45,149 nucleotides of DNA from Octopus sinensis (GCF_006345805.1 NW_021834840.1:1-45149), one strand, 5' to 3'. Shown: positions 13,614-26,987, counted from the stretch's first letter. A program made the numbers and translations. Notes: generated by a model not told the origin, from the letters alone.

Positions 13614-13628
13614 AATATATATACATAG

Positions 13629-13670
<42 letters not shown>

Positions 13671-14364
13671 GCAGATATAGATACGTACATACATACATAC
13701 ATATATATAATATGTACGGCGTTGGTAAAGGAAAGAAATGAATGTACGGAGAGAATTTTATTTTCACATTTATTACACTACATTGCTTTTATTGCTCGGA
13801 GGTAATCTGGCTTTTAACAAGAAATGAACGCTAAATTAATTCGATTAATACATATATATTAATATACACACATATACAAATATTAAATTCATATATATTT
13901 ATATATCTGCATTAATTTTTCTGAAGACTTACATTCATTCAATTCATATATATATATATATATATGACTTATATATATATATATATATATATGACTTATA
14001 TTAATTCAATTCATATATATATATACATATATCTTGGTCAGAATTGCAAAGGGAGGGCTCAGGATGTCGCAGAGCCAAATCTGGAGGTTTTATTTTAGTT
14101 GTTGTTCAAATGTATTTCGATATGAAATTGGGGACGCTTTTGCAACCGCTATTTTTCCTGTAGAGCCTGGGATAGGAAATTACACAGAGAAGGACCTCGG
14201 ATATACCAGTGATTTACCTTTGAAATATAACTGATAGCAGGTTGGTGAGAGCTTGCCTTGTATGTGTCTGCAGATGTAAGATTTTATACATACATACAGG
14301 TCACACAAACTGTGTATGCATATACACAGAGGCAGGTTGACAGAGAGACACACAGACATATATA

Positions 14365-14781
14365 TTCTTTTATTCTTCTATTCTTTTATTCTTTTATTCG
14401 TTTACTTGTTTCAGCCATTTGACTGCGGCCATGATGGAGCACCGCCTATAGTCGAGCAAATTGTCTCCTGGACTTATTCTTTGTAAGCCTAGTACTTATT
14501 CTATCGTCCCTTTTGCCGAACCTTCAAGTTATGGGAACGTAAACACACGAGCATCGGTTGTCGTGCGCTGTTGGGGGTGACAAATACACACAAACATATA
14601 TATACTCATACATATATGAATGACAGGCTTCTTACAGTTTCTATCAACCAAATCCACTCACAAGGCTTTTGTTGTCATGAGGCTCTACCAGAAGTCACTT
14701 GCCCAACGTGCCACACAGTGGGGCTGAATCTGCAACCATGTGGTTTGTAAGCAAGCAACTTACCACACAGCCACACCTGCG

Positions 14782-14785
<4 letters not shown>
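14365..14785 (-). mobile_element. SINE family B (tRNA head, CORE-like segment, internal (TA/TG)n, A-rich tail), near full length
   Basis: Reverse complement head aggcgcaggtgtggctgtgtggtaag (A-box-like), gtggcacgttgggcaagtgactt resembling the CORE-SINE motif; homologous to 37285-37675 and 39307-39770. Confidence 0.85.
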
Positions 14786-14831
<46 letters not shown>

Positions 14832-15540
14832 GAGAGAGAGAGAGAGATTTTATGGATGGATACTTGAACACACACACACACACCAATACACAGAAACATT
14901 TATATATCAAATCCACTCACAAACACTCACACATATATATGTATTTATATAGATATACAGGGTACACACACAAACACAGACATATATATACAAACATATA
15001 CATATACAAACATATATATGCATGATTTACTTTCTCGTTAAGATATTTTCAAAGAAGTACTCCATCTGATGAGAGATAAATATTAATTAATGCACACAGT
15101 ATATAGTTATGAGCTACTTTATAGATACATACATTGAATATATTACCTAGGCAGGTTTTAAAACACTCCTTGTATCTCCAAGTAACCCTCAGGCTCTGGT
15201 CACATGACTTTTCATAAATCAGGACAAGAGAACAAGAGAAGTCACGAGAAAAGCTGAAATGAAGATGGGTCCCAAATGTGAAGCGGTGAAGAGGACGAAA
15301 ACGGGAAAAAGAAAGGAGAAAAGAAAGAAAAAGAAAAATTAATTAGAGTTAAGGCCACTTCGACGGTATGTTAGTAATTTTAGATGGTGTAGGATCAACG
15401 GAAAGTGTCTAATCTGTGTTTTGGGGTAGTGTTCTCTAGTTCGCCGAAACTTGTCTATATGCTTCCTATTCTTGAAAATTTCTAATATTGGTTTCATCAA
15501 TACGGTGGTGTTTTTAGGTCTTAAGAATATATATATATAT

Positions 15541-16565
15541 GTGAAAATATTTGCTGATGGCACTAAGCTCCAGCAAATCGTCAATGAAGAAGCAGACCGA
15601 ACTCAACTCCAGTCTGACCTATACGCTGTGAGTCAATGGGCAGACAGAAACAAAATGCAACTGAATGAGGGAAAATTTGAGCTGATGCATTTTGGAAGAA
15701 ATTCCTCACTAAAACAACCATACTCTCTTCCTTCAGGGGAACCGCTCACAGCGTCTAACAATATCAGAGACCTGGGTGTAATTGTTGATGACGATCTCAG
15801 TTGGAGTGCACACATCAACAAGAAGGTCGATACAGCTCGTAGGATGAGTTCCTGGATCTTAAGAACTTTCCGGTCCAGAGAACAAGGTGTCATCATACCA
15901 CTTTTTTCCTCCTTTGTACGGCCACACCTTGAATACTGCTGCCCACTGTGGTCCCCTCACACAAGACAAAACATCTCCAGAATTGAGTCACCCCAGAGGG
16001 CTCTCACTAAACAAATTGAAGGCATGGCTGCTCTCGATATGGGATCGCCTTAAAGCCTTGAAACTTTACTCCCTCCAGCGTCGCCGTGAGCGGTACATCA
16101 TTTGTACGATGTGGAAAATATACCGCCAACTTTGCCCAAACGACCTAAACATTAGCTTCAGGGTTCATCCGAGACTTGGACCACGGGCTATACGTCCCCT
16201 GCCAAATTCAAGATCACAACATACATGTACACTGCAACATAATTTCTTTTCCTCAACAGGCCCTGCCCTATTTAACATTGTCCCGAGGGAGATCAAGAGG
16301 AAAAGGATCCCATCAACTTCAAACAGAGTCTGGATAGATTCCTTCAAAGAATACCAGACAAGCCACCATAATTGGATACAACTCACCCAACAGAAACTCA
16401 CTACTTGAACAAAACTGGATACAACTCACCCAACAAGAACTCACTACTTGAACAAAACTTGACTTAAACAGGATTCGAGTAATCCTATCAGGTGGTGCTA
16501 TTAAGTTAGACATGGCCTGGACCAATCTCTGGTCGAAACATATCTAAGTTTTATCTAAGTTTTAT
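15541..16565 (+). mobile_element. CR1-group LINE, 5'-truncated at the RT catalytic motif, frameshifted
   Basis: IFADGTKL, LQSDL..VSQW, RDLGVIVD, PHLEYCCPLWSP, LYSLQRRRERY motifs; tandem 3' tail (atctaagtttt)2; (TA)n on both flanks. Confidence 0.88.
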
Positions 16566-16573
16566 ATATATAT

Positions 16574-16800
16574 ATATACATTCAAAAATATAGGAATGGC
16601 CCTGATAGGCCATTCGACTCGCTAGAAAGAGCAGCTAAACTCAAATCGCTAAATAGTTGTAATTCTGAAATTGGAAGAGAAATAAAAACATTTACCCTTC
16701 CAATTTCAGAATTACAACTATTTAGCGGTTTGAGTTTGGCTGCTCTTTCTAGTGAGTCGAATGGCCTATCAGGGCCATTCCTATATTGTTGAATGTATAT
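16574..16800. repeat. Long near-perfect inverted repeat (104-bp arms, 19-nt spacer)
   Basis: 16574-16677 is the reverse complement of 16697-16800 with 4 mismatches by manual comparison. Confidence 0.92.
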
Positions 16801-16902
16801 TATATAGTCTTTGACTATTTTTCCTTTCTCACTAGACCGCTGGTAGCGGAGATTTTTTTACTAGAATTTTTTCTAGAATTTTTTTGCTACCCTGCTATTT
16901 AT

Positions 16903-16953
<51 letters not shown>

Positions 16954-16956
16954 ATA

Positions 16957-16989
<33 letters not shown>

Positions 16990-17020
16990 CTATGTATGTA
17001 TGTATATATATTCTTATATA

Positions 17021-17071
<51 letters not shown>

Positions 17072-18692
17072 TATATATAAGGTACGATCAAAGGATCCGA
17101 ATGTAGGAAGCTTGCGTGCTTGAAGCGGTGAGTATCAAGTATAGAGAGGAAAAGATGGACAGTATACGATACGGAACATTAACCATTTATGAGCATCAAG
17201 TGTTACTTTTTCCCCTATCGAGATTGTGAGGAAATTCTTTAAGCTGTTAGTTTCAATATAGCTCACGATTAGCAATCAGGGCTGCGACAAATGCGAATAA
17301 AAAATTCGAAATTGAGGAAGTAGAACAGGTACAATGTAGTTTACATGTGCTTCTTAGCTGGCTAAATCTCTGATGTAATAGTTACGCAACGAGTAAGGCT
17401 CAACGTAGCTAAGAATCAGGCTGAGATAATCCTAATTAAGTGAAGGTTACATATAATATGAATCACATTTGTTTTAATTAGAAAGTCTACGGCAACATGT
17501 GGGACACACAGACAGACAAATACGCCCGCGAGTGTGTAAAACCAGTCAAATCTTGAATGTATATTTTACACGACATTGAAAGCATTCACCTGAGATATAA
17601 ATGGAAGAGCCCGACCTTCGGTTTCTCTTTCACCTTCTCAGCCATCGTATTCCTGGACACCAGGTTTATGACATCGTCATAGTAATATGACAGGTTTTCC
17701 GCTCACATAAAGCTGTTGATGTACCTATTTCAAAAATCATCACTTATATTTTTCCTGGGTAATTTGTCAGCCCCTTAGTCCCCCAAAAGATAGTATTTAT
17801 ATTACTTTATGCCTAACGTAAGAAATGATCAAATTCCCATATAATTTCTATAGTAAGGTTTAACCCCTAAAATTTAAAGACTATTCAATTGTGTGGATTT
17901 TAATACAAAGCTGTAAAACAACGGAAAAAGAAACTGGTGGCAGAAAAGTTACATATACCCAAATAATTGTTTCGAATTTGACGATCCGTGTTCAAATGTA
18001 AGCTTCTCTAAAGAGTAGGCAGCCATTTGTGAGCTGTGAACGTAATTCGGATTGATTTAGAGTTCTTCCCCTTTATTTTCTGCCGTTTGAGTTCAAATCC
18101 TTTCGGGGTTAATTCGTTACTATAAAGCCGTTAATATATGCACCAGGCTGGTATTGGGATCGATTTAATCGACTATATACATCCGCAAATCTTGTAGCAT
18201 TGTGCCAATGTTAGTGATCAATATTGGAGACTATGTTCACTCAACTGTTTGTGATTGATAGGTGTATCTTATTACTTTAATTAAAAATGAGATGCAATCT
18301 AGAATCACTGAAAATAGAAGCCAAGAGAAATATATTCGTATAACCGCTGAATGTAAAGCTGTTTTGATGTTTAGAGATGTTTGTCATATTGACATAACTA
18401 TTTATAGATGTATCGATGTGTCTGAAGCTCAAGATTTCGTATTTGAAGTGGTATAATATATTGTCGGAATGGTGTAATATATTCTTCTGCAACCTAATAC
18501 TTGCTAATTAAATTAATAGTTACATGAAAACAACTAATTGTTTTTGAATATCTTCAACAGAAACTATATTATCAGTTTAGTATTTGTTTGCGTTTTTGTT
18601 TTCATATAAATATCAAAATCTCATAATTAAAAGAGAAGGACATTTAAAGTAGGAAGATCAACCATTTATAGATTTTTCGAAAGCACTAACGA

Positions 18693-18732
<40 letters not shown>

Positions 18733-18890
18733 ACTGTCTCTTTTTCCCTCTATCACTGTCTCTCTCTTCTTCTCTCTCTCCCTCTCCTTCATTATGTGTG
18801 TGCGTGTGTCTGTGTGTGTGTGTCATTTTGAGCATATGCATTCTTGAACACTCATCTCGCTGAACATATAAGCTATCTCTCTCCCTCCCT

Positions 18891-18930
<40 letters not shown>

Positions 18931-19919
18931 GAGAACGATATAACTGACCAATGAATGGTTGAATGCAAAAGAACCATGTAAACGATGCTTGTTTCAAGAG
19001 GATTTCGAAACCGGTAAGCGGAACTTGTATGACGAAAACTTAAAAGAATTTGGATGAAAAAGAAAGAAGAAAATGTCATTCCAGATGCATAGATCATACA
19101 TGTCCACAGTAATATGATGACAGCGCTGGTTTTCTATGAATCAAACGTATAGTGTTGCATGCAGCATCGAATTTCCACTCGTGTCTACTTTATTGCCTAT
19201 AAGCAAGTAAATAAACGGGAAATTCGTAAAGGCACGTATTTTTTAAAGTCTTTCTTTCAACATAATGCGTTTTTATTTTCTCTTCAAGTGAACGCTATGT
19301 TATCTATAAACACCAAACGTCATTTTCATAAGAAAATATAGTATTTTTTCATAAGTATTGAGTTGTACGATAATAATATATTGACGAGATAACAATGAGA
19401 CTAATGAAGCCCGATTCGTATGAAATCCTATACATTATTGCTGATAAAATAAATGTAAAAGAAAAAAAGGAGGGGTTCTGTAAAGGCATTTTCAGAAAAA
19501 TACTATTGAATATGAAACATTTTCAGTGAAAGGGGGATTGTGTACGTTCAAAAATATATGAATGGCCGCCAACAATACAGTAAATGATGACAGCGCTCAA
19601 ATAGGGAAATTAACATCGAGAATGATTTTTACATTCTTTGTTCATAGTACAAAAATGTTGCACTCTATCGTTGATTTACAAGAAATATTATATTAAATAT
19701 TTCAGACCTGTATGGAACCAGTGTAACGTAACACAAACGTTGAGTAGTTTGTTAAACAGGGTTTCAATTCAGGCTTAAATATCAGTTTCATTTCGTTTAC
19801 CTTTCTATGAGTGTAGCTAATGGCTAATATAATATTTTGGTTTATACAATCTATTATCAGGTTGCTATCTCTACTTGAATACAGTGTCATTTATTCTACG
19901 TAGCTATTTAGGTTCCATA

Positions 19920-20125
19920 AAGGCGGCGACCTGGCAGAATCACTAGCATGCCGGACAAAATGTATGTTGCCAGTCTTTAATTTCTGAGTTCAAATCCACC
20001 AAGGTCAATTTTGTCTTTTATCCCTTCAGCATCGATAAAAGAAGTCGTAACTGAGCATTTGGGTAAATGTAATCGTTTTAACCACTCACAGAAAGCGCAG
20101 AACTTATGCCATAACTTGAAACCAA
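19920..20125 (+). mobile_element. SINE family A, diverged copy
   Basis: aaggcggcgacctggcagaatc...ctgagttcaaatcc...ttgtcttttatcccttc. Confidence 0.75.
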
Positions 20126-20899
20126 TATTTGGGTTTACCAGGTTGTGATTTCGATATGAATACGCTTTCAGTTTATCTACTTAGCTATGTGGGATCCATG
20201 AAGGCATGAGTGGCAGAACTGTTATCACGTTGGGCCAAAAGCTTAGCGGAATTTCTTTCTTCGGGCACCAAATGTTTTGAGTTCTCAACTTTGTCTTTCA
20301 TACTTTGGAATCGATAAAGAAAAAAGACGATTGCATCAACCCCTGCATCAAATACACGTGTCAATATAAGTGATTTGCCACCCTCAGCCTCCCACCAAAC
20401 ACACACAAATTGCCGGATTTTAATTCTGCAATGGACCCCTGTTCCGTTCAAAGGAAATGTTAGAATCTCCGTCAATTATATATGTACCACGGAAAAATCC
20501 CAGTGATCGGGATCGTGTGGCCTAGGACGCAAGGTTTTTTTTTAATAAAAATGGAATTCTATAAAGACAAAGAGAACGAGATATGCCATACAGATTCATC
20601 ACTTTTATATATGAAATATGTTATTGCGCTGAGATGTATTTTTAAAAAAATCTATGAGAAAATCATAATCATTACGTTTTCTTTATTCTGTGTAACTTGT
20701 CAAGAAAGAAACTATTTACTGAATGTAATAATATCTTCGATTAAACTGTCATTTTCTTTGGAATATTATCGGTGTTTAGATTTTTTTTCCATGGTTTGGT
20801 CTCTAGGAAGATGCTATAGTAATGGCTTTTGTTTGACAGGCCTTCGTACAGACCTTCACATGATTTTTATTGCGAAATAGACCAGAATTCTTTTTATCT

Positions 20900-21118
20900 A
20901 CATTGGTTTGAAGTTTTGACACAAGGCCAGTAATTTTAGCGAGGGGGTAAATCCATTACATCGACCCCACTGATCAACTGGTACTCATTTTGTCGACACC
21001 GAAGGGATGCAAGGCAAGGTCGACTTCGGCAGAATTTGACCTCAGAACATAAGGACAGACGAAATGCCGCTAAGCATTTCGGCCGACGCGCTAACGATTT
21101 TGCCAGCTCGCCGCCTTC
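20900..21118 (-). mobile_element. SINE family A
   Basis: Reverse complement of the head (tgccagctcgccgcctt) at ~21100-21118, plus body motifs. Confidence 0.85.
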
Positions 21119-21140
21119 ATAACAACAACAACAGCAATAG

Positions 21141-22533
21141 GGGATAGAATTGCCAAACGGAGAAAGAATGGAAGACCCGGATGATGATGGGTACAAGTAC
21201 CTTGGGATCCTAGAGATTGACAATATCTTGCATAAAAAATGAAAGCCAAGGTCATCACGGCATATTTCAAACGCCTTAAACTTCTCTTGAAATCAAAATT
21301 CATCTCAAAGAACTTTGTGACTGCCATCAATATATGGGCGATTGCTATAGTCTGCTACAGTGCACCCATCCTGAAATGGACACAAGTGGAGATTAACCAA
21401 CTCGATCGAACTACCCGAAAAGACAATGACAATGTATGGAGCCCTCCACCCTAAGGCGAATGTATACAGGCTCTACATGAAGAGCGGCAAAGGTGGACGT
21501 GGGATGATTAGCGTATGGGAGTGCATCAACAGTGAAGGAAGAAACATGGCAGAATATTTGGTAAACAGCAAACAAGACCTGCTACAGTATGCTGCTAATG
21601 CAGAAGAATTTAACAAAAATGGACTTGAGGGTGCTCATGAATTCCAAGGACAGCCAACGAGAGAGAAGAAATCCTATTCCGCATGGAATTACATGGTCAG
21701 TTCCACCGTGAAACCAATAAATAGAAAGACCAGGAATCATCAAGGAGGTGGATTAACAAGGGTGACCTAAAAAATTCTGAAAACCTAAACATTCCTGCCC
21801 AAACCAGGAATTTTATACCAACTCAGTGAAAAAGTGTACATACCACACAAGTGCAACGGATCTCTGTAGAACGTATGGGAAAAAGGTCGACAACGTGACT
21901 CACATTGTTAGTGCTTGTGAAAGTCTTGCGCAGAAATAATACAAGTGTAGACACGACAAAGTAGCCTTAAACCTCAACTGGCTACTATGCCGTATGGATA
22001 TGAGGTTGCAGGTGCTTGGTACCAACATACCCCTGAAAAGGTAATAGACGAAAGGAGAAAGGCAAAAATCCTCTGCGGTTTTGACATCCAGATAGACAAG
22101 GTATTAGATCACCGAAGGCAGCATATAGTAACCTTTAGGAGAGATAAACAAGAGTGCCTAATAAGTGACGTGGCAGTGACAGAAGATCAACATATCATCA
22201 TGAGAGAAAGAGAAAGGGCTGATAAATATAGAGACCTGAGAAGTAAGATCGCTGAGATGTGGCAGCTACGAGTGTCTAACATAAAGGTTATTCCTATTGT
22301 CATCGGTACATTGGGTTTAATACCAACCAAACTAAAAAAAAAAAAAAACATCTGAAAACTTTAGAACCTTCAATCTAGGTGTATTGCAAAAGTCGGTATT
22401 GGAACTGCACGCATATTGCGTAAGGTACTGTCTATCTGAAGTCCTTGTGGTGACTTGAGGAACAGTACAATCCCCCGGTATACACAATATCTTCAATCGA
22501 CAACCTCCCGATATTTTATGCTGTGCGACGTCT

Positions 22534-22534
<1 letters not shown>
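21141..22534 (+). mobile_element. R4/Dong-clade (restriction-like endonuclease) non-LTR retrotransposon, 5'-truncated and degenerate
   Basis: GYKYLGIL, AINIWA, LDRTTRK, YGALHPKANVYRLY..GGRG, HIVSACESLAQK..RHDKVA, WYQHTPEKV..KILCGFDIQIDKVLDHRR..DVAV..KYRDL; ends in (TAA)n. Confidence 0.88.

Positions 22535-22573
<39 letters not shown>
22535..22573. repeat. (TAA)n at the 3' end of the R4/Dong element
   Basis: Directly visible. Confidence 0.95.
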
Positions 22574-22575
<2 letters not shown>

Positions 22576-23456
22576 GGCCTGAGGCTGTACCAGGCAGTGG
22601 CTCTCATGGCTTCTTATGTTAACTGATTGCAATTGTTATCATGTACATTATTTTGCCTTGGTATAAAAGATGGGCTACAGCAAATATTCTGCTCAATACC
22701 ACAGAATTGCTTGTCAGTTGTTTGACCTTAACCAGTTGGCCATGTCCCTTAGCGTCTTACGATATGTACATCTCTGATCACGAGCAGAAGTAGTGGTGGA
22801 ACATCATAGCCATGTGTTGAGAGGGATTCTTTGGGGTTTGCAAAATTCACCTTTGGAAACATGGGTGATTCGTTCAACATCCTCAAACAGCCCTTATTCA
22901 GGGACCTTTTCAGGAGGATGGGGTACTCGACCAGAAGAAAATTCTAACTGGGCCCCACCTGCAAGGTCATGCGCTGTTTATCTTGATATGAGATCACCGT
23001 GTCGTGCACATATGGTTGTAATGCATGTGCCTGGTGTACCCAGATAAGACGGGCACTCATGATGGGTATGCATTTTAGCCAATAGAAACTATAGTGAATC
23101 TATCGAGTTATAGCCGCACGACGAAAGATACCAAGCAGTATGAAAGCAAAGTTTATCTTTCAGCTGGAACGAGTTTCCTTACTTTAACTGTGTTCTAAGA
23201 AAATAAACAAATGACATAACATCAAAAAGCAAATTATAAGTTCTGAAATGAAATCTGCCTTTTCCTGGGGAGGATTTTTAAGTAGATATTCAGCGCCTAT
23301 TTCTTTCAAAGATAAAAATATATCTTGTATATTTAAAAGATGGATATTGTCGACCTTATGGATCATTTAGTAATAGTATATACCAGATCATTTGATCGTC
23401 CATACGATCAATTGTACGTAAATTAGGTGTATCAGGTTGATAAGATATAGACGCAG

Positions 23457-23872
23457 GGCGGCGAGCTGGCAGAAATGTTAGCACGCCGGGCGAAATGCAT
23501 AGCCGTATTTCGTCTGCCGTTACGTTCTGGGTTCAAATTCCGCCGAGGTCGACTTTGCCTTTCATTCTTTCGGTGTCGATAAATTAATTACCAGTTACGC
23601 ACCGGGGTGTATGTAATCGACTTAATCCGTTTGTCTGTCCTTGTTTGTCCTCTCCGTGTTTAGCCCCTTGTGGGTAGTAAAGAAATAGGTATTTCGTCTC
23701 CCGCTACGTTCTAAGTTCAAATTCCGCAGAGGTCGACTTTGCCTTTCATCCTTTCGGGGTCGATTAAATAAGTACCAGTTACACACTGGGGTCGATATAA
23801 TCGACTTAATCCGTTTGTCTGTCCTTGTTTTTCCTCTCTGCGTTTAGCATCTTGTGGGCAGTAAAGAAATAT
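23457..23872 (+). mobile_element. SINE family A dimer (full unit plus 5'-truncated unit), LINE-like tail variant
   Basis: Intact head and B-box; flanked by a 13-bp TSD gatataga(c/t)gcag at 23444-23456 and 23873-23885. Confidence 0.92.
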
Positions 23873-23984
23873 GATATAGATGCAGACGCTGTGGATACTG
23901 GATTTTTCAAATCATCTCTTATGCTGTCGATTCAAAATATTTGTTACAAATTATTGTTTGATTATTAAATCAAATGCTTATATT

Positions 23985-24210
23985 CAGACAAGATCGAGAA
24001 AGTGATTATGTGATGGCAGTAAAGTAGCAGCCTGTGAAGAAATGAGAAGCAGGGCACCCTGAAACCATACAGTGAAGGACCAATGACAAGGAAAGGAGAA
24101 AAGAAGGGTGGAGAAGCTGTAATGCGACTAGAACAGTGGCAGAAAACAGAGCTGGATTGGAAGATCATGTTGCGGCCTTACGTGATTCATGGTGCGGAAA
24201 GAACTAACTC
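23985..24210 (+). mobile_element. RTE-clade LINE 3'-terminal remnant
   Basis: Translates as ..AGHPETIQ*RTNDKERRKEGWRSCNATRTVAENRAGLEDHVAALRDSWCGKN*, resembling the RTE ORF C-terminus. Confidence 0.6.
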
Positions 24211-24613
24211 AAGCAATTGCTACTCCTTCTCAGCTCTATGTATCACATGCTAGGGAATACCCAGAAACCATTTCGCAAGCGGAAAGCAATTAATTTTCCG
24301 GCGTGACAGGCGCTGCGAATAATACAGCTACTAGAAACCACAGGTAAGAGCTGCAAGTAAATGGAGATCAAAGATGAATAAATAATTCTCAACGAAAACT
24401 CGTCAGGAGCTTCCACCAGAGATGTTACCTTTCTTTGAAACCTTCCACAAGATACAGTTAACTAAACAACAAAAATTGTATCATACTGACTGAAAATCAC
24501 ATTGAGATTGATAATAGTCAACCAATAAGTAGTAGATATTCCATTGTCTGCCACCTGCAGTGTTTTGTCGCTTAATTTTCACAGATATTTTGTTCACCTA
24601 TATGCGTATAGGT

Positions 24614-24903
24614 GTGGAGGCACATGGCCTAGTGGTTAGAGCAGCGGACTCTCGGACGAGGGATCGCGGGTTCGAATCTCAGATCGGACGATGTGTGTGT
24701 TTATGAGCGAAACACCTAAGAGGGTAATGGCGAATTTCTGCTGACTCTTTCGCCACAACTTTCTCTCACTCTTTCGTCCTGCATCTTGTAGCTCACCTGC
24801 GATGGACCGGCATCCCGTCCAGGTGGGGAACCTATACGCCAAGGAAACCGGGAAACCGGGCCTTATGAGCCAGGCATGGTTCGAGAAGGAACAAACAACA
24901 ACA
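24614..24903 (+). mobile_element. tRNA-derived SINE family C with (CAA)n tail
   Basis: A box tggcctagtgg, B box ggttcgaatct; imperfect TSD at(g/a)cgtataggt at 24602-24613 and 24909-24920; homologous to 29035-29292. Confidence 0.85.
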
Positions 24904-25179
24904 TATACATACGTATAGGTATGAGTTTGGTGGTGGGTTTTACTGCAATAAAAAAAGGTGTAAAAATACATGAAGAGAGTAAAATTCTGTTACCTTCTAC
25001 GGATGTTAAATTCCGAAAAGAGCAGTGAAGTTAAGGAACAGATATTTAGTTTCAACACATAGGAGAACGCAGGCATACACATATACACACATTGAAATAA
25101 CAACGGTTATAGAATCATTTCGACACAATTTGCATTAGATATTGGTTGAGGTTTATAACAGCCATTCCACAGCATATAA

Positions 25180-25674
<495 letters not shown>

Positions 25675-25951
25675 TTCAATATGTAACCCTTGATTTGATT
25701 TCTTGTATCCGATCATTTATATTTTATTATATGGCCCTCGATTCAATGCAATTCTGTTTAATATATTCAAATATATTATACATAATCTCAATTATTATCT
25801 CAGAAATCGAAGGCAAGCAATAGAAATCTCATTAGAAACTGGATAATGGGAAACGCGATTAAACGCAGATTAAACTTCATTGATATTGTATCGGTGTTGT
25901 GAAACATAATTATCGATATGGTCACTGTAATTATTGTCCAATCCGGAATAG

Positions 25952-26250
25952 CTAAATATGATATTCCACCTGCTGCCGCAGTAGCTGTGGTGGTAGTGAC
26001 GGTGGATTCGGCGGCGGCAGCGGAGGTGGTGGTGGCGGTGGTGGTGTTGGTGTTGGTGGTGGTGGTGGTGGTGGTGGTGGTGGTGGTGGAGGTGGTGGTG
26101 CTGGTGTTGGTGCTGGTGCGGGTGCTGCTGCTGGTGGTGGTGGTGGTGCTGGTGGTGCTGGTGGTTGGGATGAGGTTGAGAATGGTAATGTGAGATGCCT
26201 CTCCGCCCTTGGTGAATCGAATGTAGGGTTCAACGTTGAACACCAGTCTC
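25952..26250 (-). other. GC-rich (CCA)n-based low-complexity island; possible proline-rich (or His/Gln-rich) coding exon
   Basis: Open frame RDWCSTLNPTFDSPRAERHLTLPFSTSSQPPAPP...PPQLLRQQVEYHI*, with mixed cca/cct/ccg/ccc codons; weak acceptor ctttatag near 26251-26258; no recognisable domain. Confidence 0.25.
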
Positions 26251-26987
26251 TATAAAGCACCCTTCATGAACTTCTTAACGAGGATCAAATTGTGAAGCAG
26301 ACCAATATACATTCTGAACTTAGACGGTGAGACTAATTTCCAAAGATTTCCCACGTTGCCACATCATATGGAATTGGTGGTGTTTTGAACAACAATTTCC
26401 AGCACATAAGCTTATTCACGATACTTCTCCTTCCATGAGTCTCTCAGTAGTCAAGTTTCGCTTTAACTGCTGCATTCTAAGAAGCAAATGTTCTAAGGAC
26501 CGCCCTCTATCCGGTAGAATACTAATAAACTGCTACCAAATACTTTAAATATTACGTAGTATATACTATAGAATGCTCAAAGTATAACGATTTTAGACAA
26601 GAAGCAGTATTCGCCTATTACATGAATGCAATACATGAATAGAGCAACTTTGTCTCTTAAAAGGTATCTCGATGGTTACTTTTATGAAAGATTTTGCTTG
26701 TTCTGCGTAGAAGACGTAGCAATGTTTACGAGATTAAGAAAGGATAAAAGCCTAAATATTGAAAACTGAATATCCAAATCTCAATAGACAAAGAAAAAAA
26801 AAGCATACACATATGCATGCGTGCGTATGCTTTGTGCGTACATGTGTGTATGTGTGTATGTGTGTGTGTGTGTGTGTGTGAATGAGTGAGTATGTACGTT
26901 CGCTTGGGTGCTTGCGAATGAGTTTGCGCGCGCATTTGTGCATGTGTGCTCGCGTAGGTGTTTACATGCGTGTGTGTGTGTGTGTGT

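Noticed and set aside
15066-15072. CTGATGA as another hammerhead core
   Set aside because: No stem II/GAAA/stem I arrangement follows
23965-24168. Duplicated ORF (also 27728-28012) as a small paralogous gene pair
   Set aside because: Antisense of an RTE remnant copied by the local duplication
24614-24695. Possible tRNA gene
   Set aside because: A and B boxes are present, but there is no proper acceptor stem and it continues into a SINE body with tail and TSD
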